From contig NC_052167.1 of NCBI RefSeq assembly GCF_902713615.1, positions 5,521,203 to 5,585,202 of the forward strand: 64,000 nt of DNA, in the 5' to 3' direction. This document shows, one piece after another, positions 1 through 12,449 of this stretch; position 1 is the first letter of the stretch, and each line of letters starts with the position of its first letter. The translations under genes were made by a program, and so were the position numbers. The notes beneath the pieces were generated by a model that was not told the DNA's origin, ran no database searches, and saw only the letters and a program-made list of their open reading frames with translations. The DNA is from Scyliorhinus canicula (lineage: Eukaryota).

Positions 1-1152
1 CTGAAAGTTCTCTCCTCTATTAACTTCTTACCGTGGACTTGTTGAAGGGTAAACCTGAAGGATACTTAAGGATGTGAATTATATTCATGCAGCCACAGTG
101 TTTGTGTCTGGAGACCACACGATGGCTCAATAGTGCAACGCTCCATTATGAGCCACTCTCAAAGCAGACTTGACACTCTTGCTGCCAACAATCCACTTCC
201 TGTGCAGCCTGTCTCCAAGCCGGCACTCCAGGGGACCGTGCATTGTGTGATCTGGTTCCAGAGTAAATCAACCTCCCTTTTATTTATAGTTCCAAAGCAA
301 AACAATCTTAAGGCAGCTGATAGAGTCGCCCTCCCTGGTAGTGGGTGTGCCTGTACGACTGCCTCGCTCTCACTGCGCAGTGAGTTGCGGCCTTGACTAG
401 ACCAGACTTTCTGCAGTGGGTATTCCTTCGCAGAGAACTGAGCACAGAGAGCGAAGGAAAAACCTCTTAACTTACTCCTGAGGAATTCTGAAGTCACGAC
501 AGTCTAACATTGGCCAAGGAAACATGGTGAAATATTGTGCAGCACCTCATCTCCCGAGAGAGGTGAAATCCCTGGAAATATTGTGAAGCAATGAAATGGC
601 AAACTTTGATGAATGTATTTACACAACCAATCTGAGCTATGCTGTTGGCTTGTTAGCAACACTGCTGACTAATTGAACAGTCAATCTTAGTGGAAAGGTT
701 CCCTAAACAAATCACAAACAAATCTTGTTTATTCAAAAAATTTATTTAAAAAAGGAAAACTTAATCCTGTGAACAAATTGCTGGATGGCATTAGGGGATG
801 GGGCCAATTGGTTCATTATTATTGAATTTGGGAAGGTTTCTAATCATACTGCAATGGACAGGTAATGACAGGCTGGTTCTTTTAGCCTGTCATGTACAAT
901 GTGACACCTTCATGATTCAGATCACATTGAACCACCTTACGTCATCTCCCGAGAGAGGTGAGATCCCTGGAACGCTCCTCATCAACCTGCCTAGGTTGTT
1001 GAAACTAGCCCAGACCACATCAATCCTGTCTTACATTACTTGATACTTTCTATATGATGTGCTGACTGAAGTCAGGTGAAACCCAACCGCTTCCTTTTAA
1101 AGGTATAGAATCAATCAGCGTTGCCCACATGCATTGTCAACTTGTCGCCTAC

Positions 1153-1460
1153 AATAATAATAATATTTATTAGCGTCACAAGTAGGCTTACATTAACACT
1201 GTACTGAAGTCGCTGTGAAAAGTCCCAAGTTGCCACATTCTGGCGCCTGTCCGGATACACAGAGGGAGAATTCAGAATATCCAATTCACCTAACAGCACG
1301 TCTTTCAGGACTTGTGGGAGGAAACCAGAGCACCCGGAGGAAACCCACGGAGGCACTGGGAGAACGTGCATTTTTTGCATAGGCAATGACCCAAGCCGGG
1401 GATCGAACCTGGGACCCTGGAGCTGTGCAGCAACAGCGCTAACAACTGTGCTACTGTGCC
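1153..1460 (-). mobile_element. V-SINE (HE1-like head/core) with alternative 'gcctacttgtgac...(tta)n' tail
   Basis: Reverse strand has a tRNA-like head (B box ggttcgatccc), the V-domain gggtttcctccgggtgctctggtttcctcccaca, then the tail shared with the short SINE at 5455. Confidence 0.85.
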
Positions 1461-1558
1461 TACTCTCTGGGAAGAGGAGGACCATCCAGTATCATAACAC
1501 AACACTCAAGAACATCCACATGTAAAATAACCAGAATCATTTGTAGATGATGATTCAA

Positions 1559-1786
1559 TTTTTATTTTATTTCTTTAATTTTTAGAGTACCCACTTCATT
1601 TTCCCCAATTTAGCGTGGCCAATCCACCTACCCTGCACATCTTTGGGTTGTGGGGGCGAAACCCACGCTAACACGGGGAGAATGTGTAAACTCCACACGG
1701 ACAGTGACCCAGAGCCAGGATCGAACCTGGGACGTCGGCGCCGTGAGGCTGCAGGGTTAACCCACTGTGCCACCGTGCTGCCCTTG
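1559..1786 (-). mobile_element. Short V-SINE variant with A-rich tail
   Basis: Head gggcagcacggtggcacagtggg, core ggtggattggccacgctaaattg; TSD gatgatgattcaa at 1546-1558 and 1787-1799. Confidence 0.9.
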
Positions 1787-1956
1787 GATGATGATTCAAG
1801 ATGTCACACTGGCATTTACAGAAGTCTGGCATTTACAGAAGTTACTGATTCACTGTCAATAATGTACATCAAGTTAAATTATATTGAGAATAGCAAATCA
1901 TACTTAACAGTGACAATGTCACTGTTAAGGTGTCACTGATAACAACAATTTCTACC

Positions 1957-2329
1957 GTGGGCAGCACGGTAGCAGTGGGCAGCACGGTAGCATGGTGGTT
2001 AGCATAAATGCTTCACAGCTCCAGGATCCCAGGTTCGATTCCCGGCTGGGTCACTGTCTGTGCGGAGTCTGCACGTCCTCCCCGTGTGTGCGTAGGTTTC
2101 CTCCGGGTGTTCCGGTTTCCTCCCACAGTCCAAAGATGTGCGGGTTAGGTGGATTGGCCATGCTAAATTGCCCGTAGTGTCCTAAAAAGTAAGGTTAAGG
2201 GGGGGGGTTGTTGGGTTACGGGTATAGGGTGGATTCGTGGGTTTGAGTAGGGTGATCATGGCTCGGCACAACATCGAGGGCCGAAGGGCCTGTTCTGTGC
2301 TGTACTGTTCTATGTTCTATGTTCTATGT
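1957..2329 (+). mobile_element. HE1-type V-SINE, full length, CR1/HER1-type tail
   Basis: A/B boxes, V-domain, 3' gggccgaagggcctgttctgtgctgtac(tgttcta)n similar to the CR1 3' end at 43655-43699. Confidence 0.92.
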
Positions 2330-2994
2330 CGATCCCTCATCAAAAATAGACGGTGAATGCTCAAGTTGAATATTCCTTATTATTTCTTACAGTGATCTTC
2401 TTAGGTCACTCACCACAGATGCTCCTCCCTGTGTGATTGTCCAGGATGATAAAATCCAGGATGATAACAACAATTTCTACTGAAGCGAGCTCTACCCTCA
2501 GGTCTCGGAGGGAATATCATCACCTCAAACCTCTCCAAAAATAGATTCTACACCGCAAATGTCAACTGATGATTCAAGCAAACACCGAAGGTCTTTAAAT
2601 TATTTCTAATTAAGAAAAAGCCAGAGGTGAGAAGTCGCCAGGGCAACTCGATGTTTGGAGTGAGGCTGTCACATTGAGAATACTAAAGTGTTCTTTTTTT
2701 TACTGTGCCTTTGAACAGGGAGGTCATGACAAAGGTTTGCGGGCACATTCTTCTCAATGTTGATTTGACGCCTGGTTCTGGTGCCAAGTCGCATCAGTCA
2801 AATGGTTGTGGGAAGTTCAGGCCATGAATCTCAGTGTTACAGAGTCCCGGCTATCTCGTGCAGTGCAAGTAACTGTTTAGTGGTTCAAAGTGTAGCATTG
2901 AATTGTAGCATTTCTTTCAACGATGACAATAACTAATATCCAATATCACGATACATATTTAGGGGTGGAATAACCATTCTTAAGCATCTTATTC

Positions 2995-4096
2995 TGGTCG
3001 CATGGCCACTTTAAGAGGAGATACTTTGCGGGCCATGTGACGGACCGAGAGCCAATGAGGAAACAGCACATAAAAGCAAACCTATCAGGGGTTTAGGCAC
3101 AGCTCTAGCTTGGCCAGAGTTAGCCCAGGAGTCGTGGGGAAAAGACAGCCACCACAGCTTCACTTGGCAGACTTCTCACTCTTGTACGGTTCAACCCCGC
3201 ATTCCACCACCGGGGTTACCCCGGCTGAGTGGTTAGAGGGCCTCAGGACCTGGCTCAGCCTTACTTTTCTAAATTTGTCGAGAAGGGTGGTGGCTGAGCA
3301 AGCCTGACAGAAAAGCCATCACGATGCAACCAAGAAGGACAGGTGGTTTCAAGCAGATGACTTAGTAGAACTTTGGTGGAGCACCGGGATGGTTGCCTGG
3401 AAACATTGTTAAAAGGATTGGGCCGGTACCCTATGTCATAGATCTACTAGGCAATGAAGCTACAATGCATATTGACTATCTGAGGAGCTGAGCATCTGAC
3501 ATCCCTGAAAAGGGGCAACTGGACCCAATCCCGGTTTCCAGGATACCACTTGCCGCAGCGATGGTGTTAGAACCGAGATCTTCTCATGGGGGTTAATCAA
3601 GGGCCACGGAGGGAGCTGATGTGGTCGTCAGCACAACCCCTGTTGTGAACCCTACAGATCCGCCTGTCTTTGTTAGAGACTCAAATACTCCTAATCTGGA
3701 CAAGCTTTAGCACGGCAAGAGTTAGGAAGTCCCCGGATAGACTTACCTTATGAACTTTGTTTTAAGCTCCATTACTGCAACACTTTTGCATGTATATATC
3801 TGTAAATAAGAGGTTTTCTGCTTTTGCTTTACAGGGATATGTAAGGGAACTTAAGGGGGGAGCAATGTGGTAGTTTGGCCCCCTTTAAGGGCCACGTGAC
3901 GGGCCTTGAGTCTATAGGGTCATAGGCTTACGGTATCCAGGGTTGAGATGTGGTTCTGGCCATTGGGGTTAGCCTGGAAGTCGTGGGAACAAGACCTGTG
4001 CCTTAGTTGTGCTATCCAGTGTATATCAATCACCTTAGTTCAATAAACTTCCTTTGTGTTTCAACACTGCCGCGTCAATCACCTTGTAATATAACA
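2995..4096 (+). mobile_element. Internally deleted Gypsy LTR retrotransposon (partial 5' LTR, integrase C-terminal relic, PPT, 3' LTR 3866-4096)
   Basis: Translation LADFSLLYGSTPHSTTGVTPAE...GWLPGNIVKRIGPVPY resembles Gypsy integrase/GPY-F; PPT aaggggggag at 3853-3862; LTR tg...ca with aataaa; 3000-3145 similar to 3875-4000. Confidence 0.8.
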
Positions 4097-4585
4097 CTTA
4101 CGTTATTGTTTTGAATAATACAACCATCTCTTGTATATACAAAAGGAAACACCACTCAGTCCACCAAAATTACCCTATTGATTGGCACTGGTTAATCTAC
4201 ATTGCCCCCCTTCTAATGCCAATGTAACCTTCCTAAGGTGTGGACCCAGGACTGAACACAGCCCAGGTGGCCCCCGACAAAAGACTGTAAAACTGAAATG
4301 TCACTTCCTGCCAATTGTTTTCAAGTCACTTTTGAGAAAAAGACCAACACTGTTTCTTTTTCAATTAGTTTTGTTAACCCATTGTATTATTAAGAGATGT
4401 GGGGCAAAGATGGGTATTTAGAGTTTGATCAAAGGACAGCCATGATGTCATTGAACAGGCTCGAGGGACTGAATGTCCTGCTCCCTCTTTCCATATTCCT
4501 CAGGCCCTAAGTGAATGACCTCACACTTCAGCATCTCATTCTGCTCCACCTATCTGTTCCTATCTCTCTGTAACTTCCTGATCTT

Positions 4586-5427
4586 GGGTGAAATTCTCCG
4601 ACCCCCAGAAGGGTCGGAGAATCGCCTGGGGCCGCCGAAAATCCTGCCCCCGCCATGGCAGGGATTCTCCGCCACCCGGGAATTGGCGGGGGCGGGTATC
4701 ACGCACCACCGATCGGCGTGACGTCTGCACCGATCGGCGAGGCCCTTGCGGCGATTCTCCGGCCCGCGATGGGCCGAAGTCCCGCCGCTGGGAGGCCTCT
4801 CCAGCCGCCGAGGTTTGAACCACCACTGGTGGCGGCGGGATCAGCGGCGCGGCCGGGCCCCCGGGGTCCTGGGGGGGGCATGGGGCGATCGGACCCCGGG
4901 GGGTGCCCCCACGGTGGTCAGGCCCGCGATCGGGGTCCCCCGATCGGCGGGCGGGCCAGTGCCGTGGGGGCACCCCCCGGGGTCCTGGGGGGGGCATGGG
5001 GCGATCGGACCCCGGGGGGTGCCCCCACGGTGGCCAGGCCCGCGATCGGGGTCCCCCGATCGGCGGGCGGGCCAGTGCCGTGGGGGCACTCTTTCTCCTC
5101 CGCCGCCACCACGGCCTCCGCCATGGCGGAAGCGGAAGAGAATCCCCCAGCGCGCATGCGCCGGTGGTGACGTCAGCGGCAGCTGCGCGAACCGGCGAAG
5201 GCCTTTCGGCCAGCCCTGGCGCTGGGCGGCGGGCCTGAAAGGCTGCTGGTGCCGGTTTTGGCGCCAGTCGGCGTGGTGCCAACCGCTCCGGAGCGGGCCT
5301 AGCCTCCAAAGGTGCGGAGAATTCCGCACCTTTGGGGAAGCCCGACGCCGGAGTGGTTGGCGCCACTCCCCTACGCCGGGACCCCCCCCCCCCCCCCCGT
5401 CCCGCCGGGTAGGGGAGAATGCCGCCC
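4586..5427. mobile_element. GC-rich PIF/Harbinger-type MITE (family A)
   Basis: Imperfect TIR gggtgaaattctcc / ggagaatgccgccc; 3-bp TSD ctt (4583-85, 5428-30); internal 116-bp tandem duplication. Confidence 0.8.
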
Positions 5428-5454
5428 CTTGAAAGAGATGATTTTCTATCATCT

Positions 5455-5650
5455 GGGGCTGGTTTAGCACACTGGGCTAAATCGCTGGCTTTTAAAGCAG
5501 ACCAAGGCAGGCCAGCAGCACGGTTCAATTCCCGTACCAGCCTCCCCGAACAGGCACGGGAATGTGGCGACTAGGGGGCTTTTCACAGTAACTTCATTTG
5601 AAGCCTGATTGTGACAATAAGCGATTTTCATTTCATTTTCATTTTTCATT
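5455..5650 (+). mobile_element. Short tRNA-derived SINE (~190 bp) with (catttt)-like tail
   Basis: Head ggggctggtttagcacactgggcta, B box ggttcaattcc; near-identical copies elsewhere in window. Confidence 0.85.
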
Positions 5651-7124
5651 CTAACATTCCAATGTAAGTAGAAATAGACTGAATTACATAGAGAAATTCG
5701 ACCACAATCGATGCAAACACGTGTTTATGTGCAAATAAGACTCCACAGCACACTCCCATGTATAGCTTTTGTCCAGTTTAACAGTCTTCTACCATTAATA
5801 TTTATAGCGTAGTAGAGTTTAGTTAGACGAGGATCAGTGTTCATTCTCTCTACACTTGGGGAAAAAACAAATTGTGGTCACTAAACTGTCTGGCATATTG
5901 TTATCCTATGATATGGCATGTTTCCTGTGACATGCAACATTCAGCAAAGGTCAGGACACACATTATCACCACTGTTTAATCCCTGGTAGCATTAAAGGAC
6001 TGCCTTCACTGAGTAATGGTGACCTACAGCATGCAGACTCTCAGGGATTAATAAATACCACGACTGCATTAAACATGGGCCATAACAGACTCAATTCAAT
6101 AAGTTAGATTACAGATTGAGACAGTCGAGGCTGGAATCAACAAATCCCAGAACACAAGGAACAATGACCAGTTTTTGAAAAACTGTGATAATAAGGGATT
6201 GTGTTGAATGGTGAATCTGAAAAAGGGGGAGAATTACTTTGGTCACCTCATGAAGATTTGCTGTTCGGTTGGTATTCAGAGAGGAAAGGCTACTCCACTT
6301 GATCACCAAATATCTCACTCCTCACCCATTACATTGGTACAGGATGAGGCCATTCAACCCCTCAAGTCTACCCCACCATTCAACTAGACTGCAGCTGATA
6401 AACAGCGTAACTCCATTTTCTCGCCTCTGCCCCTTCACCCCTTTGCCCAATGAAAACATATCAAAAGCAAAACAAATGCTGAAAATCTGAAATGGAACCC
6501 CCCCACTCCCCAAGGAAATATTGAGTAGGTCTGGCCGTATCTGTTGAGCGAGGAGCAGAGATAGTCTTTCCGCTAATTGGCCCAAAATGTCAAAAACACA
6601 TCAATCTCACTCTTGAAATGTTTAATGATCTCCAGCGCTCACAGTTATTGGTGGAAGAGGGACAGGTCAAGATTTCCACTGCCGTTTGTGTGAGAAAGTG
6701 ATTCACGATTTCCCTCCCGAGTGGCTTAGCTCAGACCTTGTCCTTCATTCCCCAACTGGGGGAAACCATTTCTCCATATCTCCTCTGTAAGAAGGCACCC
6801 ATTAAGATTAGTCAAGTTGGGATATATTTGACATAAGCAGAAAGCATTATGGGTCAGTGGCTTGAGAATTGCTCCGGTTGCTATGGGACAAACTGGCTTA
6901 ATGATGATGGAAATGGACAATGATAAGCTCACCATGGCGGTGTACGAAAGCAGGCCACAAGACACGGGAACCGCGGCTATCTGGCAGAAAGTGAGCAGCA
7001 AAGACAACAATCAACAACTCAGCTATGCTTGTTTATTCATCTGCATAAATCAGAGTAATATCGAACACAACTCAAGTCGTGGCTCTGAAAATTGCCATGA
7101 GCAATACCACAATGGATTTTCTAT

Positions 7125-7326
7125 AATAATAATCTTTATTAGTGTCACAAGTAGGCTTACATTAACGCTGCAATGAAGTTACTGTGAAAATCCTCTAATC
7201 GCCTCACTGTCGCCTGTTCGGGTACACTGAGGGAGAATTCAGAATATCCAATTCACCTAACAAGCACGTCTTTTGGGACTTGTGGGAGGAAACCTAAGCG
7301 CCCGGAGGAAACACACACAGACACGG
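7125..7326 (-). mobile_element. V-SINE 3' half with alternative tail
   Basis: Matches 1153-1350. Confidence 0.8.
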
Positions 7327-7564
7327 TAATTGTAAGCATATAGATGTAGATTACCTACTTATAATCTTGATACATTCTCAGATATTAGGAAGCCTCTGTC
7401 AATTATCACTGGCTCATTACTGTCTCATTACTGGCTCAGTCGCCCCCTAGCCACCTGGAAATGCCCCATTTGTTCCCCATAAACAAGGAACTACTCCGTA
7501 TGTATGTGCATTAGTTTCTCACTCCACCCGGTAGCTTGAATGAGCAGAGTTTTGCAAGGTTTTT

Positions 7565-7776
7565 GAAAATAAATTTAGAGTACCCAATTCGTTTTTTCCA
7601 ATTCAGGGGCAATTTAGCGTGGCCAATCCACCTACCCTGCACATCTTTTTGGGTTGTGGGAGTGAGACCCACGCAGACACAGGGAGAATGTGCAAACTCC
7701 ACACGGACAGTGACCCGCGTCGGGGTCGAACCCAGGTCCGCGGCACCGTGTCCTAACCACTAACCCGTGCCGCCCC
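7565..7776 (-). mobile_element. Short V-SINE variant
   Basis: Matches 1559-1783. Confidence 0.85.
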
Positions 7777-8039
7777 AGGGTTTTGCAGAGTTAACAACAA
7801 ATTCCTAAAATTGAGCTGGCTACTCTTCGCTAAATCGAAAAACAGGGACAAGCACATGAACGTCATACTCTACTCCCAGTTTATCTCACAGCTGAGAACT
7901 CCCTTAATATCGGACAATGCAAAAAGCCCAAAATTATATTTGAATATAATTTTTTGCTGCTATTTGATGTTGTCCAAAATGCTAATGGCTGCCTTTTCTG
8001 TTATTTTCCCGCCAATTGACATTTTTTATATTATGTAAG

Positions 8040-8135
8040 AGCAGGAAATGCTGGATAAACTCAGCAGGTCTGGCAGCTTCTGTGGGGAGAGAAACTGAGT
8101 TAACGTTTCGAGTCTCTATGACTCTTCTACAGAAG
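8040..8135 (-). mobile_element. Penelope-like element terminal fragment
   Basis: Reverse complement of the 8860-8940 terminal sequence (gactcgaaacgttaactc...gacctgctgag). Confidence 0.65.
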
Positions 8136-8384
8136 GGTCATATTATTTTGATTGATTCAACACTCAGAATTCAGTGGACACCTTGTACCATCTGCTGGCT
8201 TTGTTGGGGTATAAGATTCAACAATCTCCACGGAATGTCAAAGAAATTATATTTAGCGCAAACACCCCTACCCTACCCCGCCCCCAGCTGTCCACAAGAC
8301 CCCCCTTCCCTCCAACACCATCCTACCCACTATTCTCCAAAGTCCTTCTGTCAAAATCAGTTATTTGAGTCTAGTTATTTGAGT

Positions 8385-8983
8385 CTGCTGCAATGTTCCA
8401 GTGAAGCGCAACGCAAACCGGAGGAACAACATCTCATCTTCCAGTTAGGCACGCTTCAGCCTTCCGGTCCCAACATTGAATTCAACAACTTCAGGTGATC
8501 AGCCCCACATCGACCCATTTGTTTTCATTTCATTTTAACTGTCTTTTACCATTTCTTTCTTTCTTAATATACATTTAATTTCCCGCCCCGAATCTTCTCC
8601 ACCTTTCCTGCACCTTTCTCCTCTTTGCTTCCCCCTTCCCTTCCCCCCACATCTACAGTTCATCCTCTGATGTTAGTTTCTCTGGTGTTTGACCTTTCAC
8701 ACCTTTTGTTCTCTCTGGGGACTGCTATTAACACTCTTTCCCCTTGGTTTCTGTGGCCATTAGCATTCATTTCCCTGAGTTTCTGTGGCTATGACTCATC
8801 TTTCATTCTCACTCCACAGCATAAATATTTCCCACTCTCTCTGTCTGTTAGATTTGACAAAGGGTCATCTGGACTCGAAACGTTAGCTCTTTTCTCTCTC
8901 TACAGATGCTGCCAGACCTGCTGAGATTTTCCAGCATTTTCTCTTTCGTTTCAGATTCCAGCATCCACAGTAATTTGCTTTTA
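8385..8983 (+). mobile_element. Penelope-like element 3' fragment (end of GIY-YIG ORF plus pLTR/UTR)
   Basis: LLQCSSEAQRKPEEQHLIFQLGTLQPSGPNIEFNNFR* resembles the PLE GIY-YIG C-terminus; degenerate hammerhead at ~8853-8890; ttatttgagtct repeated at both flanks. Confidence 0.8.
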
Positions 8984-9564
8984 TTATTTGAGTCTAGCAT
9001 TCCTGGTTAACACTTCCAAGTCTGCAGTAACTCCTGAATTTTGCAGGAAAGGCGTGTCTAAAGCACGCACATGAGTATGAATGGCAACACCTGTGAACAT
9101 TTCCAGCATTTTCACTTGCTGTCGCTTTCTACTCCAGCCAGGAGCCATGTCATGCCACATTCCCAAGCTCGCCCTTTGCTTTTGTATCTGTACCCGCTCT
9201 CTCCCCCTCCCCCCAGGCAAAATATCACAAAGATGCAGGAAAGCTACTTTGTGCTGATTCCATTGCTTTCCTTCCATCGATAGCGCCACGATTCCCTCTG
9301 GAACAAAGAACACCTTTTTAGAAATCCAATTGCAAACTGAGAGCGCTCATTCTGTTAAACTCAATTTGACACGATTTGACTTTCAGTCTGCAGTCTAACC
9401 TGTTCCCATCACACACCATTGAATGTCAGTTCACAGATTGCACTTGGCACCCTCATTTTCTGTCCCTCTCCCCGTCTCCTCCAAAGGGAACTACCCCACA
9501 CCCATCAATTCGGTCCATCGGGTCTCCAGCGACCCTCCGAAAGATCACCCCCCACTAGGTCCAC

Positions 9565-9806
9565 TCCCTAACCCCGTAACCCTACCTAACCTTCACATCC
9601 CTGGACACTATGGGGAAATCTATCATGGCCAATCTGCCTAACCTGCACATCTTTGGACTGCGGGAGGAAACCGGAGCACCCGGAGGAAACCCACGCAGAC
9701 ACAGGGAGAACGTGCAGATCCCACACAGACAATCACCCGAGGCCGGAATCAAACCCGAGTTCCTGCCACTGTGAGGCAGCAGTGCTAACCACTGTGCCAC
9801 CATGCC
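9565..9806 (-). mobile_element. HE1-type V-SINE
   Basis: V-domain and tRNA-like head on minus strand. Confidence 0.85.
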
Positions 9807-10694
9807 GCACCATCGCACCTAGTCAAGACTGTATTCTCTATATATATATATAGATATATAGTTCTGTGTTAATAAACGGTATTGTTCAACCATACACGCC
9901 TTTAGACCTCTTAATGATACAACATAGAATCTTAAACACAAATATTGTGCAAACCTGGGACATTATTGTACATCAAAGTAGGTCAGATAATTCCAGAAAC
10001 TGTAAAAACAAATCTTTGATGATTTCTTCCTGGCATTGCCTCTCCTCATATACCAGTGCTGATGTTTCATTTCATTTTGTAAGCTGTCTTGGCCAATGAT
10101 CTGTTTGGTGCCAGCGTTTGTAAACCTTGTGATTTACTGGAACATTTGTAATGCTTGTGATTCATGTTGGAAAACTAACTAGAAAGCAGCATTTAACTTT
10201 TCCAGAACACGGATTTCTTGCTTGGGGCAGAATTAAAGAAGATTAAGAGTCTTTATTCCAAAAATAAAAAAGACCTGCACTTATAAAACACCCTATAATC
10301 TTTCTGAAATATCGCAAAGCTTTCCAGACACAAAAACTGACTTTTAACTGTGGAAACATTACAGTCACACCCCCAACGTTCCCCAGGCAACAATGACCAG
10401 CTATTCCGATTTCTTGCAATGTTGGTCAAAGGACGAACGTGGGCTCGGACCCTGGCAAAGTCTTTAATGTTGATCTGCATAAGCAGGTTTCACAGGGAAA
10501 GGCAGGATCAGGGTATTGAAATTGATCAGCCATGGTCACAATGAATAGTGGAGCAGGATCGAAGGGCCGAATGGCCTCTTCCCGCTTCTATTTTCTATGT
10601 ATGTTTCTATGTAACTCATCTAAAATAGGGCCTCCGCTGCAGGTTTATTGATGAATTGTGTGAATCTGTTTATTAGCTTGACTGTACCTCATGA

Positions 10695-11075
10695 TTTTAT
10701 TTGGATTTTTTATTGTCACGTGCACCGAAGTACAGGGAAAAGTATTTTTCTGCGGGCAGCTCAACAGATCATTAGGTACATGCAAAGAAAATAAAATAAA
10801 AAGAAAATACATAAAAGGGCAATGCAAGGTCCACAATGCAAATACATAGACACCGGCATAGGTTGAAGCATACAGGAGTGTAGTATTAATCAGGTCAGTT
10901 CATGAGAGGGTCGTTTAGGAGTCTGGTAACAATGCCGTTTTTGAATCTGTTCTTTCGTGTTCTCAGACTTCTGTATCTCCTGCCCGATGGAAGAAGTTGG
11001 AAGAGTGAGTAAGCCGGGTAGGAGGGGTCTTTGATTATGCTGCCCGCTTTCCCCAGGCAGCGGGAGGTGTAGACA
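10695..11075 (-). mobile_element. Rex1/Babar LINE 3' fragment
   Basis: Similar to 12450-13100 and 63045-63850; 3' UTR ending cacgtgacaataaa. Confidence 0.75.
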
Positions 11076-11175
11076 GATATATTTATGAATATGGCTTTGC
11101 TGATCCCTTGAATGTTTAGTGTGGTTCCAACTCACAAAAGGTTAAAAGAAAGATGTGGTGCCCTTTAACTTGATG

Positions 11176-11500
11176 GGGCAGCACGGTGGCACAGTGGTTA
11201 GCACTGCTGCCTCACAGTGCCAGGGACCCGGGTTCAATTCCGGTCTCGGTGACTATCTGTGTGGAGTTTGCGCGTTCTCCCCGTGTCTGCGTGGATTTCC
11301 TCCGGGTGCTCAGGTTTCCTCCCACAGTCCAAAGATGCGCAGGTTTGGGGGATTGGCCATGCTAAACTTACCGTTAGCGTCCCGGGTTAAAGGGGTTGCA
11401 GGGATAGGGTGAGAGCCTGGTTAGGGTGCTCTTTCAAAGGGTCGGTGCTGTCTTGATGGGCCGAATAGCCTCCTTCTGCACTGCAGGGATTCTTCTATGA
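11176..11500 (+). mobile_element. HE1-type V-SINE with CR1-type tail
   Basis: Head, V-domain, tail gatgggccgaatagcctccttctgcactg. Confidence 0.9.
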
Positions 11501-12449
11501 TGCTCTGAGAACCAGTAATGAATCTGTTGTTGTGCAGCCTTATGTCTAATGGATGCTGAGCACCTGCGAGAGTCGGACAAGAATACTTCATCACCTCAGC
11601 GTAATGAACAACAATCCATTTAGCCAGCAGTACAAGAGGAGCCTTTACACATGTCTGCCAATGACCAATTAAACAGATTTTTGTTTGATCAATAAGGAGC
11701 AAGAAAGTGACCATAAAACACGAATAGTTGTCCTGATTTTAATGTAAAATGTTATGTGAATCTCTGTAATGACTCCTTCACTTTTATGGCTATGAGTTAC
11801 TGAGATGGCTTCATGCAGCAGGTCAATAGCGATTTACTGTTTATCCGTTGTGATGTCTATTTGGTGCCACCAATTACATGAATGAAAGACACTGTTTATT
11901 TTCTGCTGTATTGTGCTCTGCACAAATCATCAGTCTCCTGTGTCGGTGGAGAATAGCAGAGTCAGGAGTTACAATCAGTCCACTTTCTCCAGCCTACATA
12001 CTGCGCCCGCTCTGTAAACTTTGGTCCTGGATCAGATTCTGACTGATTGAATCAACCATGCGCGAGGACCTGGATCTTTAAACACCTGTGATTAATTTTG
12101 AGAATCTTAATGTGCAAAAAAAGGAAGCTGTTTGGACCATTGTGTGTGCCCCAGCTCTTGGAAAGCCTTCTCTAATTGGGACCACGCATCTTTCCCCGCA
12201 GCCGGCAAGTCTTTGGGCTTCAAGTAAATCTTCCTTTGAAAGGGCTGTTCAGGCTGCTTTCATCCTCCTTCCAAACAGCACATTCCAGATCATAACAACA
12301 TGGTGCGTAACAAAAATTCTCAGCTCCCCTCTGACTCTTTTGCCAAATATCTCAAAGCAGTGTCCATCGGTTTCCAGCTCCCCTACCAGTGAAAACAGTT
12401 CCTCCTTGTTTCACTTCATCGAAACCCTTCATAATTTTGCACCCACTAT

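Noticed and set aside
1957-2050. tRNA-like sequences at SINE heads throughout the window
   Set aside because: They run directly into SINE bodies; not tRNA genes
4560-5528. 322-aa and other long overlapping ORFs
   Set aside because: Stop-poor GC-rich MITE with an internal tandem duplication; ORFs occur in all frames, low complexity, no domain
6862-7176. 104-aa ORF MGQTGLMMMEMDND...
   Set aside because: Ends in a SINE tail; no domain or convincing acceptor
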